Below are positions 1 through 10,523 of a DNA stretch of 37,950 bases, piece after piece. Both the position numbers and the translations under genes were made by a program. Numbering within the stretch: position 1 is the first letter of the stretch; each line of letters starts with the position of its first letter. Source of the stretch: Barthelona sp. PAP020 (lineage: Eukaryota); the NCBI GenBank assembly GCA_040182905.1, contig JARQWU010000073.1, positions 1-37,950 of the forward strand. Reading direction: 5' to 3'. The notes below the pieces were generated by a model. It did no database searches. It had not been told where the DNA came from and worked only from the letters and a program-made list of their open reading frames with translations.

Positions 1-98
1 ACGAAGAGGAAGAAGAAGAAGACAAAGAAGAAGATGATGAGAGAACCAGAACATCTTCTGAAGCACATTTTCCAGAGTCTAATGAGATTGAAGAGTAA
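1..98 (+). CDS. 3' end of an upstream gene (acidic C-terminal tail), partial
   Basis: The frame from nt 3 reads EEEEEEDKEEDDERTRTSSEAHFPESNEIEE then TAA at 96-98, followed by A/T-rich non-coding sequence. Confidence 0.65.
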   Translation, partial: EEEEEEDKEEDDERTRTSSEAHFPESNEIEE

Positions 99-259
99 AA
101 AAAGAATTTTTTTTTTGTTTATTTGCAATTAGAAAGATAATTGGTTTGATTTAACTTAAAAATAGCAAGAAATTGGGAACAGATATCTTTTATTTTTTTT
201 TAAACATGTTTGATTGTTGTATAGTTCTTTTTCTTTTTTGTCCTAAAAAACAATAAATT

Positions 260-463
260 TTGAATTTGAAGAATAAAATTTTGCGGTCAAACAATCAGGC
301 ACATTTCAATAAGGGAAATTTGGAAATTTCTATTTTAAGAAAGGAGTTCCGAAGAGATTTTGTTGATAATTTTATTGACAATTATAATCAAACCATACAT
401 AGATATAATGATTTGTTAAAAATAAAAGTTTTTGATGGTTTTTACTTGATGATTTTTTTTTGA
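260..463 (+). mobile_element. Possible decayed rve-type integrase fragment (Maverick/Ginger-like C-terminal core)
   Basis: The ATG-less ORF contains DFVDNFIDNYNQTIHRY, resembling the YNxxxH motif at the end of retroviral-type integrase cores. No DDE triad is visible. Confidence 0.3.
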
Positions 464-499
464 TGTTTTTTCATGTTTAATTTCATCTAAAACATTTGC

Positions 500-1897
500 A
501 TGACAAAGCATCAAATAGAATTGGATTTTGGAACATTGTTTCACAATCGTTGGTTGATTTTTGGTTTGATTGGGCAAGGAGCCTTTGGATCGATTTATTC
601 TGCCACTGATTTGGTATCAGAACAATTAGTAGCAATTAAATTTGAATCAACAAAAGTTAAACATTCAGTTCTATTTTGTGAAGTTTATATTCTACATTCT
701 ATGAATGGAAATCCGTTTTTTTGTGAATATATAACTTGTGGAAAGGATCCCAATTATCGATTTGTTGTTATGGAATTATTAGGACCTTCTATTAATAAAC
801 TTAAGCGTCGACAACCGAAAAAGATGTTTTCCTACAAATTAACGGGTGCTATTGGGAAACTGATGGTCAGTTCGATTGAATCCTTGCATAAAGCAGGGTT
901 CATTCATCGAGATATCAAACCTTCGAATTTTTGCATTGGAAATGGATCAAAAAGTAATCGAATATATTTGATTGACTTTGGGCTTGCTAGACCGTATTTG
1001 AATAAAGATAATACTTTGAAAGAACAAAAAGATGTTGGTGGTTTTAGAGGTACAACTAGATATGCTTCGATTAACTCCCATGATTGCCGTTCTCTTTCTA
1101 GGTGTGATGATCTTTGGAGCTTGTTTTATGTTTTAATAGAAATATCGGGAACGGAGTTGCCTTGGCATGATATTACAGACAGGGACGAAGTTGCTGAATG
1201 TAAACGAAAGTATATGGTAGATAATACGATTTCTAACCTACCTGTACAATTTTCTTTATTTTTGGAACACCTATTGAGTTTGAAGTTTGAAGATTGCCCA
1301 GATTATGAATTTTTGAAAGATTTGATGAAAGAGTTATCTTTAGTTAACGCAGATGACCGTGCCACAAGTTCTCCATCCTATGATACAATCAGTTCAACAA
1401 GTGTATATCATAACCTTAACAGAAAACAATCATCTGCCACTGTTTTTTCCTCCAGTGAAAATGGACCGGATGCTAAGAATACGATTGAAGTATTAAATCC
1501 AATCTTAGAGGTAGATGATGATCGAGAAATGTCAGTCGATGTTGTTTGTAAAGATCAAGAAGAGTTTAATGATGGGAATAGAAAAATTGACGCGTATTCC
1601 AGTGCTCTCGACAGTGTGAACTTAAGTATTTCCAATTATAATGCTGTTGAAGGGAATATAACGCCTAGTTTGACTGTTACAAATTCGAATTTGGTATATA
1701 ATCCTTCTATATGTCTTTCTTCCTCAGGAATCGATAACGAATTGGGTTTATCTCAAGAACTTGGAAATGATTTGAACAAATTCACCAAAGTGTCAACACC
1801 TGTTGTTCAGTGCGATGGTGATCCCAGCGTTTTTTTCTTTCCAGAGAAAAGTAAAGATGACGGCAACAAATGTTGTTGTTGTTGTTGTGTCATGTGA
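500..1897 (+). CDS. Casein kinase 1 family Ser/Thr kinase, tau-tubulin-kinase-like, with C-terminal poly-Cys/CaaX
   Basis: GQGAFG, VAIKFE, HRDIKPSNF, DFGLAR, GFRGTTRYASINSH and DDLWSLFY are CK1/TTBK motifs. The protein ends KCCCCCCVM-stop. Confidence 0.93.
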   Translation: MTKHQIELDFGTLFHNRWLIFGLIGQGAFGSIYSATDLVSEQLVAIKFESTKVKHSVLFCEVYILHSMNGNPFFCEYITCGKDPNYRFVVMELLGPSINKLKRRQPKKMFSYKLTGAIGKLMVSSIESLHKAGFIHRDIKPSNFCIGNGSKSNRIYLIDFGLARPYLNKDNTLKEQKDVGGFRGTTRYASINSHDCRSLSRCDDLWSLFYVLIEISGTELPWHDITDRDEVAECKRKYMVDNTISNLPVQFSLFLEHLLSLKFEDCPDYEFLKDLMKELSLVNADDRATSSPSYDTISSTSVYHNLNRKQSSATVFSSSENGPDAKNTIEVLNPILEVDDDREMSVDVVCKDQEEFNDGNRKIDAYSSALDSVNLSISNYNAVEGNITPSLTVTNSNLVYNPSICLSSSGIDNELGLSQELGNDLNKFTKVSTPVVQCDGDPSVFFFPEKSKDDGNKCCCCCCVM

Positions 1898-2235
1898 TTG
1901 GCGAAATAAAATTTTTGAACATCAAAGTGTGAGCTATTTTTGAATAATGAATTTCCTAAATTCAAAGCAACAAAGCAGTTTTTATTATTCCTTCATCTTT
2001 TGTTCGCAATTCTTTGTGTTGTAAAGTTTTTTTAGTTTTTTCTTTTTAATTTGTAAATTCCAAAACTAAAAAATGGAATCAACAGAACTATCAATTTTTT
2101 TTTTTGTGAAACATGTGTAAAAGTTTTTAATTGTTGCACATATCAACAAACAACAAGGTCTATAATGATATAAAATTCTTTCTAAAGTGAAAAAAGTAAA
2201 AAAAAAAACACTTCTTTTATCCGTAAAAAAAAACC

Positions 2236-3081
2236 CTAAAAATCATTGAATATTGAACTTTCAACAAACAATTCATCATCATCTTCAATAAAATCCTCTT
2301 CATTATTGCTAATACAATCAAAAACGTTTGAAAAGCTTTCAGTTTTTGTTGAAATTTCTTTCATTTTTTCAAACCATTCTAATTTTAGTATAATAGGCAA
2401 TCCACTGATTTCAATAACATTAATATTTTTTAACTCACTGCTATTTTCGAACCACATGACCAATTGCTTGAATTTCCTCTTTCCCAAAGTCGTATACTCA
2501 TCATCAAAGCCAAATACTAGAACTTTACTGTCACTAACATTTGGAACATGTAATTCATTCAAAATACTCCAAAGAACACAATATTGAGTCAAACTATTTC
2601 CGTAAGCAAAAATAAAATCAAAAACTCGAATTTTTTTAAGATATAGCAGTTCAAATAGTTCAATTAAGGTATTTTTAACAATAATTGGATTGAATTTATT
2701 TTTTTTGACGGGCTCAATTTGTGTTGCTAAAAGATTTTGAGTCTCTTTCATGGACGAATTTCTTCTATTTACCTTTCGTTTGGTTTTTTCAATTAAAGTT
2801 TCAGTTGGTTCATAGAATTCAGTTAATTTGGGTATGAATTCAAACAAATTGAAAAAATTATAAGTTGCATCCTTTATATCAAATCCACTTGAACGATTCT
2901 CATCACTATCAGTTGGATTATGATATTTGATTTTCATGTATCCTTGAAATCTTTTCTGCAATTCATCTTCCTTATTTAGAGAATCAATTTTTCTTTTCTC
3001 AATTTTTAAAACATTTTGCCATTTTTCATTTTGCCCAATAATTTCATTTAAGTCATGTAAATCCTTATCTTTTTCATTCAT
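2236..3081 (-). CDS. Hypothetical protein (~281 aa)
   Basis: Long ORF with an acidic tail and no recognised domain. The start is moved to MNEKDKD (ATG 3081), which follows a T-rich leader. Confidence 0.7.
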   Translation of the reverse strand: MNEKDKDLHDLNEIIGQNEKWQNVLKIEKRKIDSLNKEDELQKRFQGYMKIKYHNPTDSDENRSSGFDIKDATYNFFNLFEFIPKLTEFYEPTETLIEKTKRKVNRRNSSMKETQNLLATQIEPVKKNKFNPIIVKNTLIELFELLYLKKIRVFDFIFAYGNSLTQYCVLWSILNELHVPNVSDSKVLVFGFDDEYTTLGKRKFKQLVMWFENSSELKNINVIEISGLPIILKLEWFEKMKEISTKTESFSNVFDCISNNEEDFIEDDDELFVESSIFNDF

Positions 3082-3259
3082 AAATTTTTTAAACCAAAAA
3101 AAAATTCTTCTTCTTTTCATCATTGAATACACATAATTATATCATGTTTATCATTTATACCTTGAATAATGAAATAATGGGTGGTTTTTGATTGTTAAAA
3201 AAACCACTTCAAAAGTTCAAAAAAATTCACAAAAAATTATTCCTTTTCACGTTTTTTTA

Positions 3260-3580
3260 ATGAAACACGCTGCTGCATTTCTTTTATGTACCCTTGGTGG
3301 TAACTTAACACCCTCTAAACAAGACATTCTTGCCGTTCTTGAATCTGTTGGTTGCGATTCCAACGAAGACATGATTGAACTTATTCTGAACAATGTTGAA
3401 GGAAAGTCAGTTGAAGAAATTATTGCCCTTGGAAATCAAAAGATGGCAACTATTTCTGCTGGTGCTGCTTCTACTGGTTCTGCCGCTGCTGTTCAAGAAT
3501 CCAAGGAAGAAGTCGCTGCTGAAGAGGAAGAAGAAGAAGAAGAGGAGTCCAGTGATGATTTCGGTATTGGTTTCCTTTAA
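3260..3580 (+). CDS. RPLP2: 60S acidic ribosomal protein P2
   Basis: MKHAAAFLLCTLGGN N-terminus, ILAVLESVG, GKSVEEIIALG, an Ala-rich hinge and a poly-Glu tail. ATG at 3260. Confidence 0.95.
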   Translation: MKHAAAFLLCTLGGNLTPSKQDILAVLESVGCDSNEDMIELILNNVEGKSVEEIIALGNQKMATISAGAASTGSAAAVQESKEEVAAEEEEEEEEESSDDFGIGFL

Positions 3581-3811
3581 ATAAGTTGAAGTCATTTTCA
3601 TTGGTTAAATTTCCCGGCGTTAAAGAAGTGGTTCATTAATAAACTTTTATTCTTTTATTTTTTGTTTTTGGTTTTTTAGAATCAAGAATTAAATTATTTT
3701 AACTGTCCAGTGCCATTTTGATTTTTTTTCGATTTGCATTCATGTAAAATCACAAACTTATATTGCTGTATGAAAATGAACAAACAAAGGAAAAAAATAA
3801 AAGAAAGCTTT

Positions 3812-4804
3812 TTATGTGTTAACTTCATATAAATTAAACAACGATTGTCCAAAACGAAGCCATTGTAATCTTTCATCCGCGCCATCGGTTAAAGCCTCAT
3901 CAATTTCTCCCAAAACCAGTAAAAACTTTGCAATTTTTTTGTCATCCGTATTGAAAAGAATTTCATCATTTTCAACACTTTCAACAAATGCTTGTAAGAC
4001 TAAAGACAAGGAAAAGCCTTGTAAACGGTACGATTCAACGATAGAAAACACATCAAGTTGTGTATTGTTCCTCAAATTTTGCACCATATCAAGAACTTTT
4101 TCCTGAGGAAATGAACCACTTAATTCAAAAATAACTTCTGGAGTAATATTGGACAAAGTTGAACTAATTTGTAAATATGTGACAGCTTGTCTCATATCTC
4201 CATGAGACACGTCAATTAATGTGTCAAAGTGTTCTTTTTGCAAATTCACGTTTTCCTTTAAAGCAATTTCCTGCAATTTAGAAAACATAGATTCTCTTGG
4301 CAAAGGAGAAAATCTGAATTTTGCACAACGACTAGCAATTGGAGGAATAATTTTGGAAACATAATTACAAATGAAACAAAATCTGGTGATGGTTGAATAT
4401 TTTTCAATTATTCTTCTCAAAGCATTTTGAGCATCGTGAGTCATTGCATCAGCTTCATCCAAAATAACAATTTTAAAAGGAGGACAAGGATGTGATTTTA
4501 CAGGACTACTTAATGCAGTTTGAGCAAAATCTTTTATTTTTGTTCGAACAACAGCAATCCCTCTTTCATCTGAAGCATTCAATTCTAATACACGTTTAGA
4601 TCTTAAAGGTCCAAACAATTCTCTACATAAAGCATTTATAGCCGATGTTTTACCTGTTCCTGGAGGTCCATAAAATAATAAATGTTGCAAATTATTTTGA
4701 TTGATGGCATTTTTTAATGATCTAACAACTTCATCTTGATGAGCAATATCATCTAACTTCTTTGGACGATGTTTTCCCACCCAAGGATCGTTTTCTCGTG
4801 ACAT
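3812..4804 (-). CDS. RFC4: Replication factor C small subunit (human RFC4 / yeast Rfc2 type)
   Basis: PWVxKxRP, Walker A GPPGTGKT, LELNASDERGI, PCPPFKIVILDEADAMT and the SRC motif. Confidence 0.92.
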   Translation of the reverse strand: MSRENDPWVGKHRPKKLDDIAHQDEVVRSLKNAINQNNLQHLLFYGPPGTGKTSAINALCRELFGPLRSKRVLELNASDERGIAVVRTKIKDFAQTALSSPVKSHPCPPFKIVILDEADAMTHDAQNALRRIIEKYSTITRFCFICNYVSKIIPPIASRCAKFRFSPLPRESMFSKLQEIALKENVNLQKEHFDTLIDVSHGDMRQAVTYLQISSTLSNITPEVIFELSGSFPQEKVLDMVQNLRNNTQLDVFSIVESYRLQGFSLSLVLQAFVESVENDEILFNTDDKKIAKFLLVLGEIDEALTDGADERLQWLRFGQSLFNLYEVNT

Positions 4805-5102
4805 AAGAAAAATAAAGAAAAATCGATATAATTTTTATATTCTCATAAAATTTGTGATCTAATTGCTATCAATTTCATATTGTACTCTATTTTATTCAAA
4901 AAATCAATGCTATAACTGAATATTTTCCTTTTGGCAAATTTTCACTTGTTCTTTTGAATCAAAAGGTGAATTAAAAGCAGAAATAAAATGTAATATTATT
5001 TTATTTTCCAAATAAGCATTGAAAATTGATAATTTCATAAAAAGAAGCCCATCATTTTTGTTTTTGTTTTAGCTTCAATTTTCGTTATTTTTTTGGATAG
5101 AA

Positions 5103-8063
5103 ATGAATTTTGAAGTATCTGTTGAAGATTTATTGTACACTTTAACATTGGCGACTTTAAAAAGACGATGCATTGACTTTGATGAAAATGATTTAAACAG
5201 CATTTATCATAATGTTGAAGACATCTTGACATTATCTTTAGATCCTTATGATATAGATTCTGATTCATTGATAGACATGAATTGTATTGTGTTAAGACAT
5301 TCAACGAATGATATCAAAAAGCCAATATATTTTAAAAAGATTTCTTATGAATTAATAAACGATTTTGGCAATACTTATAAAGATATTATCTATATTTTGA
5401 GTCAATTGTCAAATTATCATAGTCGAAACATTACTCCTCAGGTTTCCAAAGTTGATAAACAAAAAAGAAAGGAATATAAACCCAAACCACGTGTATTAAA
5501 TGGTGGAATGAAAGAAATAAAGAATGTTGATGTTTCAGTTGATGTTAGCTTTGAACAACGTGTTGTACGAGAGGTGATTGAAGCTATGCGAGGAAATGAG
5601 ACCAAAAGATTGCATCGAAATAAAGATTTGGTTTCTGAATGGGTAATTGAAGGGGAAGAATTTCATAAAGGCCAAATTCAAATAATAAAAGAGATTTTAG
5701 CAAAGACTGAACATATTGGTCAAGTTAATAAGAGCATTTTTGATCACACAAAGATGGAAGGTATTTACAATCAAGCATTATTCAGTTCTTTATGGGAAAA
5801 TGTTTGTAAAAAGCAATTAAATGTGACTAATTTGATTGAAACTCGAATTTATGATGAAGAGCAAACTGTTACTTTATTATCATTACATTCAAAGTTTCTA
5901 CCGATTTTTAACACTGTTGATTGTGTTAAAAGCATTTTAAACGTAGTTGAGAATGTTTCTATTGAATCAAAAGAGTTGAAAAGAGATATTTTATCTGAGT
6001 TAATTGAAATATGTAAAACAGGCAATTCTGTTCATTTTTCAATTTACAAAACTATTTTTGAGAGTTGTATGGTGCCCTTTTTTGACTGGACGATCAATTT
6101 TTTGAAGTATGGAGAGTTTGTTGATACTAATTTGGAATATTTTGTTCAGCAGAATTTGAAGGAAACAAGAGACATCTGGAATAACAGATTTAGAATTGTC
6201 GAAGGAAATGTCCCTATTTTTTTTCTTGATTTAAAAGCTGATTCAAAAGGAAAAGTTATTGTTTCAGAAGTAGGACAAAAAATATTGTTATTGGGGAAAA
6301 CTGTGTATTTTATACGAAAATGTTGTAGTTTTGACAGTTTTGAGAACAAATTTGACACTGAAAAATTGATTTCTTGTTTTTTCATGAAAGACGATTTTAC
6401 TAAGGTATCTAATCATTTGATTGAATTTTTATTACAAATGGAAACTCATGTGAACGAGGTTATTCATGACCAATTGTTTAAAAAGTATAACTTTCTTCAA
6501 CATCTACAAAACGTTAAGAAATTTTTGTTATTAGAGCAAGGAGACTTTATTTTAAGTCTTTATGAACATTATAGTAATATGAGTGGTGATGTATTGACAG
6601 CTACAGGTGAATATTTTAAAGCATGTTACAGGGATTGTTTCAAGAACATGACGATTCAACAACAAGATCGAGTATTGGATTATTTAGCTATTAAAGTTGT
6701 TGGAAATGAAAAAAAGATCAATGTTGATACCATTACTCTATCGTATGATGTTTTTGATAATACAGCCATATCTACCATATTGAATGGAGATATAATGGTC
6801 AAATATTCAAAAATATTTTTATTTCTGTTTAGATTGACCAAATATCACATTAAATTTTCACAAAGATGGACATATCAAAGAAAGTTAGGAGTCTTTATCG
6901 AACGTAGTATGAAAATGTTTGAAGAATTAAAGAAATTGTCGAGATTGGATTTGCCTGGATTTGAAGATGGATCATTATCAGTTTTGAGTGAAAAAGGAAA
7001 AAAGATACATAAATCATTAGTTTTTTCATCAACTAATTTAAGAAGTTCTTATGGTAAATATCAAATGTTATTCAATATATTATTACAATTCTTCAACAAT
7101 GATATCATAAATCCGAGGTATAATGAATTTCTAGCAGATTTGTCGAAACATCCTAATTTAGATACAATAATCATGAAACATAACGATTTTGTCAATTCAT
7201 TGATTTCAAGAATGTATTTAACAAAGAATAAAGATGGTGGTATGAATGATTTCCAATTACAATTGAATAAATTATTGGATCTGGCTGAAGATCTATTAAA
7301 GAAATCAGAATGGTTATTCAATCACACAACAAAATGCTCAATCGGAATGATTAAATTGATGAGATTATTGAAAGCATGTATGGATGGTCATATGGACTTA
7401 GAGATTAATTGGGAACATTGTTTAAAGAAAAAGAATGAATTAATGGCATTATTCGATGAATTTTTGAGTGTTCAAAAAAAAGATGTTTACAGTTGTTTAT
7501 GGGATAACAAAGGAAGAACAGATGTCAATCTTGTCGAATTTTATACTTTATTGACTAAAGAAGAATATGAAGATATTGGTGATCGAATTCTGTTGCAATT
7601 AAATTTTAACAATTATTATTCCACTTCAGTTAATGTTTCAAAAACAAAAGAAATAAACGAGATAGAATCAGGAGAATTTATTCAAGGAGTATTTGAAACA
7701 GAAAGAACTGAAGAAAAAATTTCTTTCAAAAATAAGTCTGAAGTTTTGAAAAACCTGAAAAAAATCAAGTCCAATGATGAGTTTGTATCAGAAGTGAAAA
7801 AAGAAAAAGAACCAGTGCCTGTTATTGAAGATGAAATAAGTTTAGCTAATGATTCAAATAAACAATATTCGATCAGTTCTGTTATTAAAACAAGAATAAA
7901 AGAAAAAGAAAAAGATGATGAACAAAAGAATCTCTCAATTTTCAATGTTACACAAAAACCTGAACTAACTTCAACAGAATTTTTTAAAATAGATACAGAA
8001 CCTACATCCAAGAAGTTTAGTGATTTGAGAAGAAGAATTCAAAATTTGAACTTGAAAAAATAA
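5103..8063 (+). CDS. Gamma-tubulin complex component (Spc97/Spc98 family, probably GCP3)
   Basis: Grip-domain motifs FLKYGEFVDTNLEYFV, KILLLGKTVYFIRKCC, KKFLLLEQGDFI, YSKIFLFLFRL, LDTIIMKHNDFV and LLQLNFNNYY. Confidence 0.88.
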   Translation: MNFEVSVEDLLYTLTLATLKRRCIDFDENDLNSIYHNVEDILTLSLDPYDIDSDSLIDMNCIVLRHSTNDIKKPIYFKKISYELINDFGNTYKDIIYILSQLSNYHSRNITPQVSKVDKQKRKEYKPKPRVLNGGMKEIKNVDVSVDVSFEQRVVREVIEAMRGNETKRLHRNKDLVSEWVIEGEEFHKGQIQIIKEILAKTEHIGQVNKSIFDHTKMEGIYNQALFSSLWENVCKKQLNVTNLIETRIYDEEQTVTLLSLHSKFLPIFNTVDCVKSILNVVENVSIESKELKRDILSELIEICKTGNSVHFSIYKTIFESCMVPFFDWTINFLKYGEFVDTNLEYFVQQNLKETRDIWNNRFRIVEGNVPIFFLDLKADSKGKVIVSEVGQKILLLGKTVYFIRKCCSFDSFENKFDTEKLISCFFMKDDFTKVSNHLIEFLLQMETHVNEVIHDQLFKKYNFLQHLQNVKKFLLLEQGDFILSLYEHYSNMSGDVLTATGEYFKACYRDCFKNMTIQQQDRVLDYLAIKVVGNEKKINVDTITLSYDVFDNTAISTILNGDIMVKYSKIFLFLFRLTKYHIKFSQRWTYQRKLGVFIERSMKMFEELKKLSRLDLPGFEDGSLSVLSEKGKKIHKSLVFSSTNLRSSYGKYQMLFNILLQFFNNDIINPRYNEFLADLSKHPNLDTIIMKHNDFVNSLISRMYLTKNKDGGMNDFQLQLNKLLDLAEDLLKKSEWLFNHTTKCSIGMIKLMRLLKACMDGHMDLEINWEHCLKKKNELMALFDEFLSVQKKDVYSCLWDNKGRTDVNLVEFYTLLTKEEYEDIGDRILLQLNFNNYYSTSVNVSKTKEINEIESGEFIQGVFETERTEEKISFKNKSEVLKNLKKIKSNDEFVSEVKKEKEPVPVIEDEISLANDSNKQYSISSVIKTRIKEKEKDDEQKNLSIFNVTQKPELTSTEFFKIDTEPTSKKFSDLRRRIQNLNLKK

Positions 8064-8367
8064 CGTTTCAGATTTCAATCTTTCATTTTGTGTATAAAAA
8101 ACCTTGTTTTGTTATTATTATTTGTAAGCATTATAATCATAGCTTTCATAATATTATAATAATTATTCACTACTCCATAGTTTTACAATTGTGAAGAAAT
8201 TGTTTTGATTTTCATTTCTTGTTTGATTTTCCATTTTTTATTTTTTGGTTTTGCTATTTTAAATTGATTAATAATTATAAAATAAAAGTTGATGATTTAT
8301 TTCCCAATGGATTAAATTTCTCTCTTTGGTTTTGAAAAATTTCTATTTTTTTTTTTTCATTCATCCC

Positions 8368-9873
8368 ATGACATCTCCTTCAGATTTTGTTGAAGATGAT
8401 GAATTTGAAGAAGCTTCGATGGAAAAACCACTTGATCCACGATTTTTAATTAAAAATTTAGACACAGGAGAAGTATTTGAAGTTTTACCTGACAGTTTAT
8501 CTGTATCTATATCTGATCCTATTGCTTTTCGTGTTAGAGATGATCTTGCTTATGATCAAACGACTCAAACAATTATATCTACAGAAACACCAACTCAAGA
8601 AGTCAGTGGCGGATTTTTATCAAAATTATTTGGAGATACAACTTCTAAAGCGACTAATACTCAACATGAAATTGAATCAGAACCTGATGAATATATTCAG
8701 AATCGAAAAGTTGTTAATTCAGTTTATGTTGACTCTCATCATAAGATGAATGTATTGGAATTGTCCAATTTCCGATTTATTCAACGTTTTGATGGCTCTG
8801 CAGGTCATATATGGGCATGTGCTTTTTCTCCAAATGGACAGTATTTTGCCACTGGAGGTCAAGACTCGATTTTGAAGATATATGAGGTTATTGGGAAAGA
8901 TGATCCGTTGCCAACACAAACATATAATTATGTTGACCAGCATCCTGATACTTTGATGAGATTTGAACGAGAACATAACGATAGGCCCGTATTACATCCA
9001 ATTTCAATTGATTACAAGGCTCATTCTGGCGATATTATTGATATATGTTGGTCAGAATCTACGTTTTTGTTGACTGCCTCACTAGATCACACGGTAAGAT
9101 TGTTTCATCCTGATAGAAGCTCACAATTAGCTGTATTTAAGCATCGAGATTTTGTTACAGGTATTGCTTTTTGTCCTTCTGATGATCGCTTTTTTGTTAG
9201 TGTTTGTTTGGATGGCAGAGTGAGAAAATGGAATATTCAATCCCGTCGTGTTGTGGCATGGGCTGATCCTCATGCTTTACCAACAGCTCTAGCATGGCAT
9301 GGAAACATCATTGCTGTTGGATGTCATAATGGCAAGGTTTTCTTTTATCAATCTGATGATCTTCAGTTCATAACATCATTAGAGTGTCGTTCCCGTCGAG
9401 GTAAACGAAGTCGAGGATCAAAAGTAACCGGTATTCGCTTTTTAGGGGATAATGGTGACCGAGTAGCGGTTAGCACAAATGACTCAAGGATAAGGATGTA
9501 CACATTGGAAGATTACTTGCAAGTAAAGAAATATAAGGGACATACAAACGAAATGTCGCAATTGGGTCTCATTGTGACAGATTCAAACAGTCATATCATT
9601 AGCGGTTCTGAATGTGGGCACTTATTCATATGGCCTGTCTCTCCTAATTACGTTCCTAGTTTGAATCCCAAGTGGATTAAATGGAGATCTGATCATTCCG
9701 AAAGTTATGAAGTATTCAGAGCGATTCCCAAAGAATGTAGCATTAGTCAAATAGCAGTTGCCAACAATAATGTACTCAAAAGAGTTTTTGGTAGAGTTGG
9801 TGTGAATTGCGAGTTTTTTATTGTTGTTGTTTGCGATTCTTGTGGTATGATAAGAGTTTTTGCCAATTCATGA
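8368..9873 (+). CDS. WD40 protein, WDR44/Rab11-binding protein-like
   Basis: IWACAFSPNGQYFATGGQD, LLTASLDHTVRL, FKHRDFVTGIAFCPSDDRFFVS and STNDSRIRMY match WDR44 repeats. ATG 8368 follows a T-run. Confidence 0.88.
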   Translation: MTSPSDFVEDDEFEEASMEKPLDPRFLIKNLDTGEVFEVLPDSLSVSISDPIAFRVRDDLAYDQTTQTIISTETPTQEVSGGFLSKLFGDTTSKATNTQHEIESEPDEYIQNRKVVNSVYVDSHHKMNVLELSNFRFIQRFDGSAGHIWACAFSPNGQYFATGGQDSILKIYEVIGKDDPLPTQTYNYVDQHPDTLMRFEREHNDRPVLHPISIDYKAHSGDIIDICWSESTFLLTASLDHTVRLFHPDRSSQLAVFKHRDFVTGIAFCPSDDRFFVSVCLDGRVRKWNIQSRRVVAWADPHALPTALAWHGNIIAVGCHNGKVFFYQSDDLQFITSLECRSRRGKRSRGSKVTGIRFLGDNGDRVAVSTNDSRIRMYTLEDYLQVKKYKGHTNEMSQLGLIVTDSNSHIISGSECGHLFIWPVSPNYVPSLNPKWIKWRSDHSESYEVFRAIPKECSISQIAVANNNVLKRVFGRVGVNCEFFIVVVCDSCGMIRVFANS

Positions 9874-10076
9874 AAAAAACCTTTTGTGAGTCTTTTTTTG
9901 TTCCGTTATTATCTTTTTCATTTTTATTGAGCTTTGTGAATATTTTTTATTGTTTTTTCCTTTTTAAAAAAATATATGTTATTTTACAGGTAAATATTTG
10001 TGTACACACATAAGTTTTGTTATTATCATTTTTTTGTTGAAACATAAAATTGCAAGAAAAAAATATTTGTCTTTAA

Positions 10077-10370
10077 TCTTTTGAACAACAGAAGAGCATT
10101 ACTAATTCTGAATTTTTAAAGTTTATGATTTAATTGTATGCTTCAGTAATTGCTCAAAATAGTTTAAGGCACCCATATTTCAAAAAAATTTATCTTGATT
10201 GTGCAGGTTTTCTTGAATTCAGCATGGCAGGTCAAAAATTTGGGGGTAAGTTGAGGAAAAGTTCCGTACCTTGGAGAAAAAAGGATGAAGACCTTTGAGA
10301 GAAAACAATCTTCTCCAACTACTGTAAAAACAAAAAAAATAGGAAATTTCAACAATGCCGTAAAAAATTA
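10077..10370 (+). mobile_element. Possible decayed hAT (DUF659-type) transposase fragment
   Basis: One frame reads SFEQQKSITNSEFLKFMI*LYASVIAQNSLRHPYFKKIYLDCAGFLEFSMAGQKFGGKLRK, resembling the FFYAxGIPFNxxxxPYFKxM block of DUF659-type hAT proteins. It has internal stops. Confidence 0.35.
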
Positions 10371-10523
10371 GACTAAAATTTACAAATAAAGAAAATTGAG
10401 GATTTTTTGGGTGTTTTTTGGCTATTTTAGCTGTCTGAAAAGTTCAAATAGACAAAAATAACACCTAAATTAACATTTATTTCAATTGTGAAAAAAAGAA
10501 ACAAGAAATCAATTGAGATTGAC

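Noticed and set aside
10215..10260. U1 or other Sm-class snRNA on the minus strand (ACUUACC and AAUUUUUG)
   Set aside because: The two motifs are nearly adjacent, with no room for the U1 stem-loops, and no U2, U4 or U5 signature is present.
10195..10360. RNase MRP/P RNA: GGAAAAGUUCCGUACC resembles CR-I, with GAGAG/GAGAA loops nearby
   Set aside because: There is no clean complementary P4 partner (CR-V) and no AGNNA CR-IV, and the stretch is explained at least as well by a decayed coding frame. A cmscan would settle it.
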